The notes under the pieces are model-generated. The model saw nothing but the letters and a program-made list of their open reading frames with translations, did no database searches and had not been told where the DNA came from. A DNA stretch of 63,668 bases, the filler included. It is 8 parts of 8 records of this genome, joined end to end, with 100 filler letters (N's around TTAATTAATTAA, not from the genome) between each part and the next. Parts side by side here need not be neighbours in the genome. Positions count along the whole stretch, not along the records: positions 45,861 to 53,840 come from SRR20825010_3550; positions 53,941 to 59,820 come from SRR20825010_3573; positions 59,921 to 63,668 come from SRR20825010_3574; 5 more parts are not named here. One strand, 5' to 3'. Position 1 is the first letter of the stretch; every line of letters begins with the position of its first letter. This document shows, piece after piece, positions 51,937 through 61,250 of this stretch. The position numbers were made by a program, and so were the translations under genes.

Positions 51937-53292
51937 ATGACAAATCTTGACGCATCGTCTTCGGAAGTTGTCTTCCAGCCCAAACCCAGTCTGCCGCCGC
52001 CGCCTAATACAGTCGGTGTCGTAGGCTGGATCCGGAAGAATCTGTTCAGCAGCCCGTTAAATGCTTTCCTGACCATCCTGTCGCTTTATGTGATTTGGGT
52101 GGTGGTTTCCAACACGTTTGAATGGGCGGTTGTTAACGCCGTCTGGGAAGCCAATTCACGTCGTGAATGTCTCGACAAAGTCGGACTTTCAGGAGCGTGC
52201 TGGGCCGGTGTCAGCCACTGGATGAAAAACTTCATCTATGGCCGGTATCCGGATGAGGAAATCTGGCGGGTTAATCTTGGCTTCGGCATCCTCATCCTCT
52301 GGATGCTGCCGTTCTGGCTTCCGCGGGTGACATCGAAGATCGCTATTGGCGCTTCGGCAATCCTGATCTCTCCTTTCCTTCTCGGTTATCTTTTTGCCGG
52401 GGGCGAAAAGGGGCTGTTCCTGCAGGTCATGGTCTCTGTTGCGGTCACGTCCTTCATTTTCAGCTGGGTGCACACCGTGCTGTGCATTACCACGGGCAAG
52501 CCGCTCTGGACCTCCATCGTCATGGCCAGCGGGTTTTCCGCGAAACCGGAAGCCACGCAAAAATACCCGGTATTCGCAGCCTTTCTGGTTGTGTTCATCG
52601 CGGCCTTTGCATGGCAATCAGGCTGGGACATCAGCTCGCAATCAACCAATCTCTGGGGCGGTTTGTTTGTCACTCTGGTGATTTCGGGAATCGGGATCGC
52701 GGTCTCATTGCCTGCCGGTATCGTACTGGCTCTGGGGCGCCGTTCGAAAATGCCGGTTATCCGGGTTTTCTGTGTGTCCTTTATCGAGCTGTTCCGGTCG
52801 GTTCCCCTGATCACCGTGCTTTTCATGGCGGTAACCATGGTGCCGTTGTTCCTGCCGGAGGCTATCAACCCGGTGAAGATCGTTCAGGCGATCATCGCGG
52901 TTTGCATCTTCTCCTCGGCTTATATGGCGGAAACAGTGCGTGGCGGCCTTCAGGCCATTCCAAAAGGGCAGTACGAAGCGGCGCAAGCCCTTGGTCTGAA
53001 CTACTGGAAAATGATGACCCTGATCGTCATGCCGCAGGCACTTAAACTGATGATCCCGAACATTGTCGGCAGCTTCATCGGGCTTTTGAAGGACACCACG
53101 CTGGTTTCCATCGTCGGCCTCTATGATCTGCTGCTGATGCTGAAGGCCGTCAGTCAAAACCCGCAATGGAACGGTATTCACACAGAGCCGCTTGTCTTCG
53201 GCGCAGCGCTGTATTTCGTTCTCTGTTTCATCATGTCGAAATACAGCCAGCATCTTGAACGGACGCTGGGAGCAGGGCAGGTCCGGAGGTAA
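51937..53292 (+). CDS. aapM: Amino acid ABC permease
   Basis: ALGRRS, RSVPLITVL, GQYEAAQALGL, KDTTLV. Confidence 0.92.
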   Translation: MTNLDASSSEVVFQPKPSLPPPPNTVGVVGWIRKNLFSSPLNAFLTILSLYVIWVVVSNTFEWAVVNAVWEANSRRECLDKVGLSGACWAGVSHWMKNFIYGRYPDEEIWRVNLGFGILILWMLPFWLPRVTSKIAIGASAILISPFLLGYLFAGGEKGLFLQVMVSVAVTSFIFSWVHTVLCITTGKPLWTSIVMASGFSAKPEATQKYPVFAAFLVVFIAAFAWQSGWDISSQSTNLWGGLFVTLVISGIGIAVSLPAGIVLALGRRSKMPVIRVFCVSFIELFRSVPLITVLFMAVTMVPLFLPEAINPVKIVQAIIAVCIFSSAYMAETVRGGLQAIPKGQYEAAQALGLNYWKMMTLIVMPQALKLMIPNIVGSFIGLLKDTTLVSIVGLYDLLLMLKAVSQNPQWNGIHTEPLVFGAALYFVLCFIMSKYSQHLERTLGAGQVRR

Positions 53293-53342
53293 TCCGGGCC
53301 AACCCATTTCTTTCCAGTGTATCGAGCCAAGGAGTTAATAAT

Positions 53343-53840
53343 ATGAGCATGGATGCTCAGGTCGAAACCAAACCAACGGTCAAGTCCACCAAGGGCGATG
53401 AAGTCGTCATTGAGCTGGCTGGCGTTAATAAATGGTACGGAGAGTTCCACGTCCTGAAAGACGTGAACCTCTCGGTTCACCAGGGTGAGAAGATCGTTAT
53501 CTGTGGCCCGTCCGGGTCCGGTAAATCGACGCTTATCCGTTGTATCAACCGTCTGGAAGAGCATCAGGGCGGCGATATCATCGTCAACGGCGTGACGCTC
53601 GACAACAACCTGAAGAACATCGACGCGATCCGCAGCGATGTTGGCATGGTGTTCCAGAGCTTCAATCTTTTCCCGCACCTGACAGTGCTGGAAAATTGCA
53701 CGCTGGCCCCGATCTGGGTGAAGCAGACGCCGAAGGCTCAAGCGGAAGAGCTGGCGATGGAATATCTCCATCGCGTGAAGATCCCGGAGCAGGCCTCTAA
53801 ATATCCGGGCCAGCTTTCCGGCGGTCAGCAGCAGCGTGTT
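53343..53840 (+). CDS. aapP: Amino acid ABC ATP-binding protein, 3'-truncated
   Basis: [32 protein letters not shown]. Confidence 0.93.
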
Positions 53841-53940
53841 NNNNNNNNNNNNNNNNNNNNNNNNNNNNNNNNNNNNNNNNNNNNTTAATTAATTAANNNN
53901 NNNNNNNNNNNNNNNNNNNNNNNNNNNNNNNNNNNNNNNN
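53841..53940. other. Artificial contig-joining spacer
   Basis: N44-TTAATTAATTAA-N44. Confidence 0.99.
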
Positions 53941-53941
53941 T

Positions 53942-54196
53942 TCGATAGCTGGTGGGCATGACCCTGCTCATGTGAATGTTTATGGTGATATTCCAATTCG
54001 ATTGTATCACGGAAGCAATGATGGCGTGGTTCCACCAAAATACAGTCGTGACCTTATTGCGGCTTTGGACCAGTTGCCTAACGAAGATGCTGAGTATTTT
54101 GAAGCCGAGGGAAGAGGTCATGAATGGAATTATGTACTCAATGATGAGACAGCAATTCTTCCATGGTTGTTTACCAAAATCAAAGATCAAGAGTAA
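53942..54196 (+). CDS. Alpha/beta-hydrolase (esterase/peptidase-like) C-terminus, 5'-truncated
   Basis: IAGG...PIRLYHGSNDGVVP...GHEW..WLF. Confidence 0.75.
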   Translation, partial: SIAGGHDPAHVNVYGDIPIRLYHGSNDGVVPPKYSRDLIAALDQLPNEDAEYFEAEGRGHEWNYVLNDETAILPWLFTKIKDQE

Positions 54197-54715
54197 TATT
54201 TATTAGCTGTTGCTTTGTTGGCGATGCAATGGAGTTGGGTTGTTCGTATTCCATTGCTTTTTTATTTCCTCATGATAGGATAGAGGCTATGATCATGGTT
54301 TTTTCAGATGCGTGTAATCACGGAAATGACGCTCTCCTGGGTTTATGTAATTGGATCAAACAGGAAGCTTCCTGTTGTGTAATTCTTGACATTAGGCTGA
54401 TATTTCTCGAAACCCTAAAAATGAGGGTAATTATCCTGAAACATAATTGTATTATTAGAAGAATTTTTAATCGTGTTTTTGTTGTTTTTAATGCGTCACA
54501 CTAATTCACTTAATAATTCATTTTATTTCAGAAATAAATATTATTGCTTGCTATTAAAGCGTTACAAGGTTTGATTTATTTCAATATTATTTTGTTTAAT
54601 TATTGTATTATTCCAATAAATTAATTTAAAATAATTTTTGATCTTGATTGTAAATGTCTTAAAGTTGTGGAGTGAAAAGCGTTTAAAAATGAGATTTTAA
54701 TAATGCGACGTGCCT

Positions 54716-57697
54716 ATGAAAAGAATATTTACATCTCTATTTCTACTTCTTTTTCTGATATGCGAGACCCGTGCCCAAGGTTTGGTGCTATCGGGTAAGG
54801 TATCAGATGCTGAAAGTGGTGAAGAATTAATTGGAGCAACGGTTCTAGAAAAGGGAACGACCAACGGAACAATAACGGATATTGATGGCAACTATCAATT
54901 GACAGTGGCTAACTCAAATTCAGTGTTATTGTTTTCGTATGTTGGTTATGCACCTGTCGAAATTCCAGTGGGTAATCAATCTCGGATTGATATGAAACTG
55001 GAACTTGACTTTTCAGAACTTGATGAAGTTGTTGTGGTAGGATACGGTTCTATTCGCAAGAGCGATTTGACCGGGGCAATTGCCTCGGTAAAGAGTGAGG
55101 ATTTGGTTAAGGTTCCCAATGCAAATCCTGTTCAAGCACTGCAGGGTAAGGTTTCTGGACTTCAGGTACTAAATACCAGTGGTGATCCCGGAGCTACACC
55201 TGTTGTTCGTCTCAGAGGTATAACAACACTCAATAACAACAATCCCATATTTGTAGTGGATGGGGTGATTATCGAGGAGGGCAACTCGCTGGATTTTCTT
55301 AATGCCAACGACGTAGAATCAATGGAAGTATTGAAAGATGCATCTGCCACAGCCATATTCGGTTCACGTGGAAGTAACGGTGTTATCATTGTTACCACAA
55401 AGCGTGGGAAAAAAGGAGATGTACGGGTCAATGTAAGTGCTGATCTAAGTTGGGAGTCCATCTCAAATAAAATAGATGTGATGAACGGACGAGAATTTGC
55501 AACCTATGTCAATGACATCACTCCGGGGACTTATAACAATCTGGATGTCTTGCCAAATACCGATTGGCAGGACCTAATCTATCAGGACATGGCGCCTATC
55601 CGATCCTATTCCGCGTCTATATCCAGCGCCAACGAAAGGGTGAACTATTATTTTGGTCTGGGGTATTTTTCTCAGGAAGGGATCATTCCGAAATCAAACC
55701 TGGAGCGTGTTACGATCAAATCGAACACCACTTACAGCATAACTAAAGATTTGGATTTAGGTGTCAATCTGTCCATCGCATTGAAGGACAAGCAAAATGC
55801 TCCGGGTGTTGTGACTGCTGCGCTTCGTGCCTGGCCGATAAGTACACCCTATAATACGGACGGTTCGTTTGCTGAGGTTTTTGGTAGCTCCAATACACTT
55901 GCCTCCATCGAGTATTCTAATAGCAACAGTAAGAGCATGGAGAGCGTAGGCAACCTCTATGCTGAGTATAAATTCTTGGATGGTTTTTCAGTAAAATCGA
56001 GCTTTCAGTTCTCGTTTGAGCTGAATAAGAATAAAAGTTTTACTCCTTCCTTTTTTGTAGCGCCACTTCAGCAAAACGAAACCAGTGACATCAGTCAGAG
56101 CTATAGCGATAGGAATTTCTTACTTTGGGAAAATACCTTGTCCTACGTGAAACAACTTGGAGTACATCGTATTAATGCAGTAGCCGGTTGGACTGCACAA
56201 CAAGTAACTTCAGAGTATTTGAATGGAAGTGCGCAGAATTTGCTTAGAGATAGCGAAGAGTTTTGGTATATCAATGCGGCAGATGGTGATCCGTTGTTGC
56301 AGTCAGTTTCGAATTCTGGTGGTCATTCTGCATTGGAGTCATACTTGATAAGGGTTAACTACAGCTTAATGGATAAATACCTATTCACAGCCACCTATAG
56401 GAGGGACGGTTCATCCAAATTTGGCCCCAACAACAGGTATGGTGTTTTTCCGTCCTTTGCTCTTGGATGGAATATCAGCGATGAGTCCTTTTTTCCAGAT
56501 GTGACCTTTATAGACAATGTAAAGCTTCGAGCAAGCTGGGGAATAGTTGGAAATGATAAAATAGCTTCAACAAGACAATTTTCATTAATTTCTTCCGGTA
56601 GTGGAGCTGTCTTTGGATCAAATGAACAGTTAAATCCTGGAGCTACCTATTCAAGTGGTGGAAATCCAAATTTGAAATGGGAGGAAACCGAGCAGTTTGA
56701 TATCGGTTTAAATATTGAATTTTTCAATGGACGTCTAGTTACTGAACTGGATTACTATAATAAAACGACCAATGACATTCTGGTTAATTTGGAACCGGCA
56801 GGATACACAGGTATTGGTGCCTTTCAGAGTATTACCTACAATGTAGCTTCTGTAGAAAACCGTGGTTTTGAGTTCAATACTACCTGGCGACATGATTTGG
56901 GAGATTTGGATTATCAACTTGGATTTCTTGGCTCTTTTGTCAAAAATGAAGTGCTGAGTCTCGGACAAAATATTGGTGCTGATTCAATTATTACAGCCGG
57001 TGACTTAGGAAATGGTCAGCGTGTTTCTCAAACAGTTGTAGGTATGCCGATCGGATTTTTTTATGGCTACAAGGTGGCTGGCGTTTTTCAAAATGCTGCT
57101 GAGTTGGATCAGCATCCTCATCTTGCGGCCCAGCGCGTGGGTGACTTTTATTACGAAGACACAAACGAAGATGGTGTGATCAATGCTGATGATCGTGTAG
57201 TAATCGGCTCATCGATTCCGAGTTTTATTTATGGGTTTAACGCTTCGGTTGGTTATAAAGGGGTGAACCTGAGTCTTGATTTTCAAGGGCAAACAGGGGT
57301 GGATATCTACAATGGTAAACAGGCCATCCAATCTACCCTTTCTAATTTTGAAACCAAATTTCTTGACCGATGGACGGGAGAAGGAACGACCAACGAAAAT
57401 CCAAGAGCTACACAGGGAGGAGTCAATTTTTCGCCATCCGATTACTTTGTTGAAGATGGTTCTTTCTTGCGTTTAAGGACAGCCACACTGAGTTACGATT
57501 TGCCTATGCTTTGGCTCAAGGCCATTGGGGCACAATCTACCCGGGTTTACATACGGGGCACGAACCTAATGACCTGGACCAAATTCACCGGTTATTCACC
57601 GGATTTGGGAGCAGGCAATGCCCTCGATGGGGTTATAGATCGGGGTGTTTATCCAATTACACGCGTTTATAGTGCTGGTCTAAACTTAACATTCTAA
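54716..57697 (+). CDS. susC: SusC-like TonB-dependent transporter
   Basis: GTITDIDGNY, EVVVVGYG, VLKDASATAIFGSRGSNGVIIVTTK, LKWEET; C-terminal LTF. Confidence 0.96.
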   Translation: MKRIFTSLFLLLFLICETRAQGLVLSGKVSDAESGEELIGATVLEKGTTNGTITDIDGNYQLTVANSNSVLLFSYVGYAPVEIPVGNQSRIDMKLELDFSELDEVVVVGYGSIRKSDLTGAIASVKSEDLVKVPNANPVQALQGKVSGLQVLNTSGDPGATPVVRLRGITTLNNNNPIFVVDGVIIEEGNSLDFLNANDVESMEVLKDASATAIFGSRGSNGVIIVTTKRGKKGDVRVNVSADLSWESISNKIDVMNGREFATYVNDITPGTYNNLDVLPNTDWQDLIYQDMAPIRSYSASISSANERVNYYFGLGYFSQEGIIPKSNLERVTIKSNTTYSITKDLDLGVNLSIALKDKQNAPGVVTAALRAWPISTPYNTDGSFAEVFGSSNTLASIEYSNSNSKSMESVGNLYAEYKFLDGFSVKSSFQFSFELNKNKSFTPSFFVAPLQQNETSDISQSYSDRNFLLWENTLSYVKQLGVHRINAVAGWTAQQVTSEYLNGSAQNLLRDSEEFWYINAADGDPLLQSVSNSGGHSALESYLIRVNYSLMDKYLFTATYRRDGSSKFGPNNRYGVFPSFALGWNISDESFFPDVTFIDNVKLRASWGIVGNDKIASTRQFSLISSGSGAVFGSNEQLNPGATYSSGGNPNLKWEETEQFDIGLNIEFFNGRLVTELDYYNKTTNDILVNLEPAGYTGIGAFQSITYNVASVENRGFEFNTTWRHDLGDLDYQLGFLGSFVKNEVLSLGQNIGADSIITAGDLGNGQRVSQTVVGMPIGFFYGYKVAGVFQNAAELDQHPHLAAQRVGDFYYEDTNEDGVINADDRVVIGSSIPSFIYGFNASVGYKGVNLSLDFQGQTGVDIYNGKQAIQSTLSNFETKFLDRWTGEGTTNENPRATQGGVNFSPSDYFVEDGSFLRLRTATLSYDLPMLWLKAIGAQSTRVYIRGTNLMTWTKFTGYSPDLGAGNALDGVIDRGVYPITRVYSAGLNLTF

Positions 57698-57699
57698 AC

Positions 57700-59181
57700 A
57701 TGAGAGCTTTAAAACATCTACTTTTTGTCATAGTACTAGGGCTATCTTTTTCTTGCGGGGATGAGTTTCTTGATAGACCACCTCTTGGAGATTTGAGTGC
57801 AGGAACCTTTCCTGAAAGCCCTGAAGATGCTGTGCTGGCTACCAATGCCGTTTACAACATTCTTAGATATTGGAATTTTAACACGGGTGGGCCTCCCTTG
57901 TTGGATGTGATGTCCGATCAGGCGACAAAGGGTAGCAATCCCGGAGACGGTGCTACCACTGCTCCTTTTGAGGACTTCACTTTTGACCCCTTTGCTGGTG
58001 CTATAGATAGTTGGTATAAAACCGTTTATCAGGGGATCAGGCGCGCCAATTTGGTTATCACAGAAGTGCCTGATATCACAATGGATCCAGCACTTCAAAC
58101 TCGATTGATCGCAGAAGCACGTTTCCTAAGAGGTTATTTTTATTCAGTTCTGGTTCGAGCATTTGGTCCGGTTCCCATGGTTACTTCCGTGGATCCACCA
58201 TTGGATTTGACAAGAACCGATACCGAGACGATCTGGACACAGATTATTTTTCCCGACCTGGAGTTTGCAAAGGCCAATCTACCTGAGAAGTCTGATTACA
58301 CTGCGGACGATTTAGGTAGGGTTACGAAAGGAGCCACCAAGGCACTTCTTGCACGGCTTTATCTATTTCGTGGTGATTTCCCATTGGCAGAAACCATGGC
58401 CCTGGAGGTAATTAATTCTGCACAGTATGACTTGGAAGCCAATTTCGCAGATGCCTTTAGTGCATACAGCGAAGGTGGGATAGAATCGGTATGGGAGGTG
58501 CCTGCACTTCCATTGAGCTTTGGAAACGGAGGAAATCAGTATGCTAACACTTGGGCGATACGTGGTATACCAAACCGTGGCTGGGGGTTTGGAAGGCCTG
58601 CTTATCCGTGGATAGTTATGATGCAGGGCAACAATGACCCAAGGCTCGACGCAAGTGTTATTTTCTTGGGTGAATCTTTGGAGGGTGTGGTCACCGAGGG
58701 AGACGGTGCTACTCCTGACACGATCTATAACGAATCAAATCAAATTATCGAAATAGAAGTATACAATCAGAAGGTTTGGCATCCTGGCCCGGCTACAACT
58801 GAATCATTTGGTCATAACAAACGAAATATACGCTACGCGGATGTGTTGCTTATGGCTGCCGAAGCACTTAATGAAAATGGTAAATCCGCTCAGGCTTTGC
58901 CTTATCTAAACAAGGTGAGGGAAAGGGCTCGTGCTGGAAACAACGGAATATTACCGGATATCACCACAACAGATCAAGTGGCATTGAGAAAGGCCATTGC
59001 CGACGAGCGGAATTATGAATTGGCTTTTGAAGGTTTGCGCTTCTGGGATTTGGTCAGAACCAACCAGGCAACAACTGTATTGGGTCCGCTCGGTTTTACC
59101 GCAGGTAAGCATGAGTTATTCCCTATTCCGCAATCGGAAGTAGATATTTCTGAAGGAAGAATTACACAGAACAATTACTAA
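57700..59181 (+). CDS. susD: SusD/RagB lipoprotein
   Basis: Lipobox SFSC; EARFLRG, RYADVLLMAAEA, ERNYELAFEGLRFWDLVR, FPIPQSE. Confidence 0.95.
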   Translation: MRALKHLLFVIVLGLSFSCGDEFLDRPPLGDLSAGTFPESPEDAVLATNAVYNILRYWNFNTGGPPLLDVMSDQATKGSNPGDGATTAPFEDFTFDPFAGAIDSWYKTVYQGIRRANLVITEVPDITMDPALQTRLIAEARFLRGYFYSVLVRAFGPVPMVTSVDPPLDLTRTDTETIWTQIIFPDLEFAKANLPEKSDYTADDLGRVTKGATKALLARLYLFRGDFPLAETMALEVINSAQYDLEANFADAFSAYSEGGIESVWEVPALPLSFGNGGNQYANTWAIRGIPNRGWGFGRPAYPWIVMMQGNNDPRLDASVIFLGESLEGVVTEGDGATPDTIYNESNQIIEIEVYNQKVWHPGPATTESFGHNKRNIRYADVLLMAAEALNENGKSAQALPYLNKVRERARAGNNGILPDITTTDQVALRKAIADERNYELAFEGLRFWDLVRTNQATTVLGPLGFTAGKHELFPIPQSEVDISEGRITQNNY

Positions 59182-59226
59182 CACAATAAACAATTAAACT
59201 ATTAACTATTTGAAACTTAAAAGCGT

Positions 59227-59820
59227 ATGAAAATGAAGACGATTAAATATTTATTTGGGCTTTTAGCCCTTGCGAGCCTTTCAGTGTTTGTCAGCTGTGG
59301 GGACGATGAAAAGAAGCCTGCCGAATTGACTTTGGTGAGCATTTCAGCAGCTGGAACAGATGTACTCACAGGTACAGCTACTACGGTTGATTTAAACGGA
59401 GCGGCTTCAGCTGAAGGTGTTCCGGTTGAGGTTGTGATTACGTTGACTTTTAGCAAAGACGTTGATGCGGCCACAGTTACGGAATCTACAGTGTCTGTCT
59501 CGGATATCAATTCTACGGTTGCTGCAAGTGGCTCTGTTGTCACACTGACGACTACAGATGAAATGGCGAGAGGAACAATTTATACTTTGTCGATTGGAGC
59601 GATTGCTGCTGTGGATGGAGGCGAATTCATTCCTGGAACACGAACATTTAAAACAGGAGGAAGAGCCCCGGTTGTTGCACCGCAAGCATCAAGTCAGATC
59701 GCCTTCTGGAAATTTGATGGCGATGCGAATGATGAGTTGGGTGTTTACAACCCATCTTACGAACATAACATCGATTATGTAGCTGATAGACACGGGGAAG
59801 CGGGTAGTACGGCTTTATTC
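59227..59820 (+). CDS. Surface lipoprotein with Ig-like (Big_5) domain and start of LamG-like domain, 3'-truncated
   Basis: FVSC-GDDE lipobox; ITLTFSKDVD..TV, YTLSI, FKT; AFWKFDGDAND..DRHG. Confidence 0.75.
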
Positions 59821-59920
59821 NNNNNNNNNNNNNNNNNNNNNNNNNNNNNNNNNNNNNNNNNNNNTTAATTAATTAANNNNNNNNNNNNNNNNNNNNNNNN
59901 NNNNNNNNNNNNNNNNNNNN
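59821..59920. other. Artificial contig-joining spacer
   Basis: N44-TTAATTAATTAA-N44. Confidence 0.99.
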
Positions 59921-59952
59921 AAACCGCTATTTTTTATATACGTTGTTACCTG
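59921..59952. repeat. End of attC-like repeat element; GTTACCTG core at 59945-59952
   Basis: GTTACCTG is the exact reverse complement of CAGGTAAC at 63627-63634 at the other end of the R-M unit. Confidence 0.5.
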
Positions 59953-60068
59953 GCTGGCGTTTTTCCACAAACTTGCTAGCGTTGGCAAAGACATACTCTT
60001 TTACAGTTTTGGTGTAGCTTGGATGGCGCGACTGTAAATGTGTATGGCTTTCAGCGTTGGCAATTCCG

Positions 60069-61250
60069 CTATGTGATTAAATTATAACTTTCACTAGGTG
60101 GAAACAGTAATTCAATTCCTTTTGGTTTTATTTTAAAAAGCGGACCTTTTTCGACCACTTTTCCTTTCGAGTTTCTTTTAATTAAATGGTCAAGCGTTAT
60201 TATTCCTTGTTCAATTAGTAAGTCAAATTGTGACGTAATTGGCTTTTTAGTATGCTCAACCAATTTATATTGAAAATGTTCTCGGTCATTTATTCTAGTA
60301 CTTTCCGCTTCTACCCAAAAAGTTTCTTTATGTTTCAGTTTTAGTCGGTTGTGTAGTTTGTCTAATGTCCAAACCACAAAATCGCCAACCTCTGGCTTGT
60401 CAGAGTTTTCAATCAGTTGTTTTATGTCGGTATCAATTCTTAAGTTCAAGCCTTGCGAGTTTCTCGTTATTGCTGATACTGTGCAATACAACTTGAAATC
60501 TTCTTCTCGTTCGTAACCAAAATTGTCAAGAATTTCTGCTGAACTTTTAAACTTACTTAATTTCCAATCTGGGACTTGTGCAAATAGATTTTTACGGTTT
60601 GTTCTACTATTTCTGAATGATTTAAGTTCAATTCCTTTATAGTCTGGCTGTTTTGATGAATTAATGTCAATTCCGAGTGCAGTTTCAAGTGTTCTCCCAA
60701 CAGAAGTATCTGCATCAACCATTGAAGGAATTGGGCCAGCGTTTGCAATTTTTCTTAACATAGCCAAAAGCTCAAAAGCAACTTCATTTTCAGTCGTATT
60801 AATTGCATTTATTAATTCTTGAAAAGGATTTAGAATTGAAGAATTAATCAATTCTTTGATGTCTAATTTTGTCAAGTTGAAAACTTGAAATTGATTATCA
60901 AAATATGTAAATGCAATAATATCATTTGGGTCTGCAATTTTTGTTAAGCTATAAAACCAAATTCGTGGGTCTCCTTTTTTAGTAGAAGGTCTGTATAAAG
61001 ATGCTTGTGATTTTATGGTTTTAAAACCTGTATGAATGATTGCAGGAATCATCACTTTACTTTCAGTACCTTGTTTTTGTAATTCGTAATCGTGAATGTT
61101 TTCACTTTTCAAAAAACTTCGAACAGAACCAGTTGCATCCATAATGGATTTTTTTAGTCCGGTTTCGGTTGGCTCAATTAAAGTAAGAGAAACTTGGTTT
61201 TTGGTCAGTAATTTTATTTTTTCTTGTTCTGCGTCTGTAAGTTTTCTCAC
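60069..61250 (-). CDS. MvaI/BcnI-family restriction endonuclease
   Basis: VGRTLETALGI..NSSKQPDYKGIELKS PD-(D/E)xK motif, LFAQVPDW, KHKETFWV, GPLFKI. Confidence 0.88.
   Translation of the reverse strand: MRKLTDAEQEKIKLLTKNQVSLTLIEPTETGLKKSIMDATGSVRSFLKSENIHDYELQKQGTESKVMIPAIIHTGFKTIKSQASLYRPSTKKGDPRIWFYSLTKIADPNDIIAFTYFDNQFQVFNLTKLDIKELINSSILNPFQELINAINTTENEVAFELLAMLRKIANAGPIPSMVDADTSVGRTLETALGIDINSSKQPDYKGIELKSFRNSRTNRKNLFAQVPDWKLSKFKSSAEILDNFGYEREEDFKLYCTVSAITRNSQGLNLRIDTDIKQLIENSDKPEVGDFVVWTLDKLHNRLKLKHKETFWVEAESTRINDREHFQYKLVEHTKKPITSQFDLLIEQGIITLDHLIKRNSKGKVVEKGPLFKIKPKGIELLFPPSESYNLIT

Noticed and set aside
54163-54504. 113-aa ORF upstream of susC
   Set aside because: Atypical composition, overlaps the hydrolase end and lies in an AT-rich regulatory region.
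14460-59920. Seven regularly recurring TTAATTAATTAA motifs inside N runs
   Set aside because: Artificial six-frame-stop linkers joining contigs, not a biological repeat or CRISPR array. Gene adjacency and GC shifts across them are meaningless.
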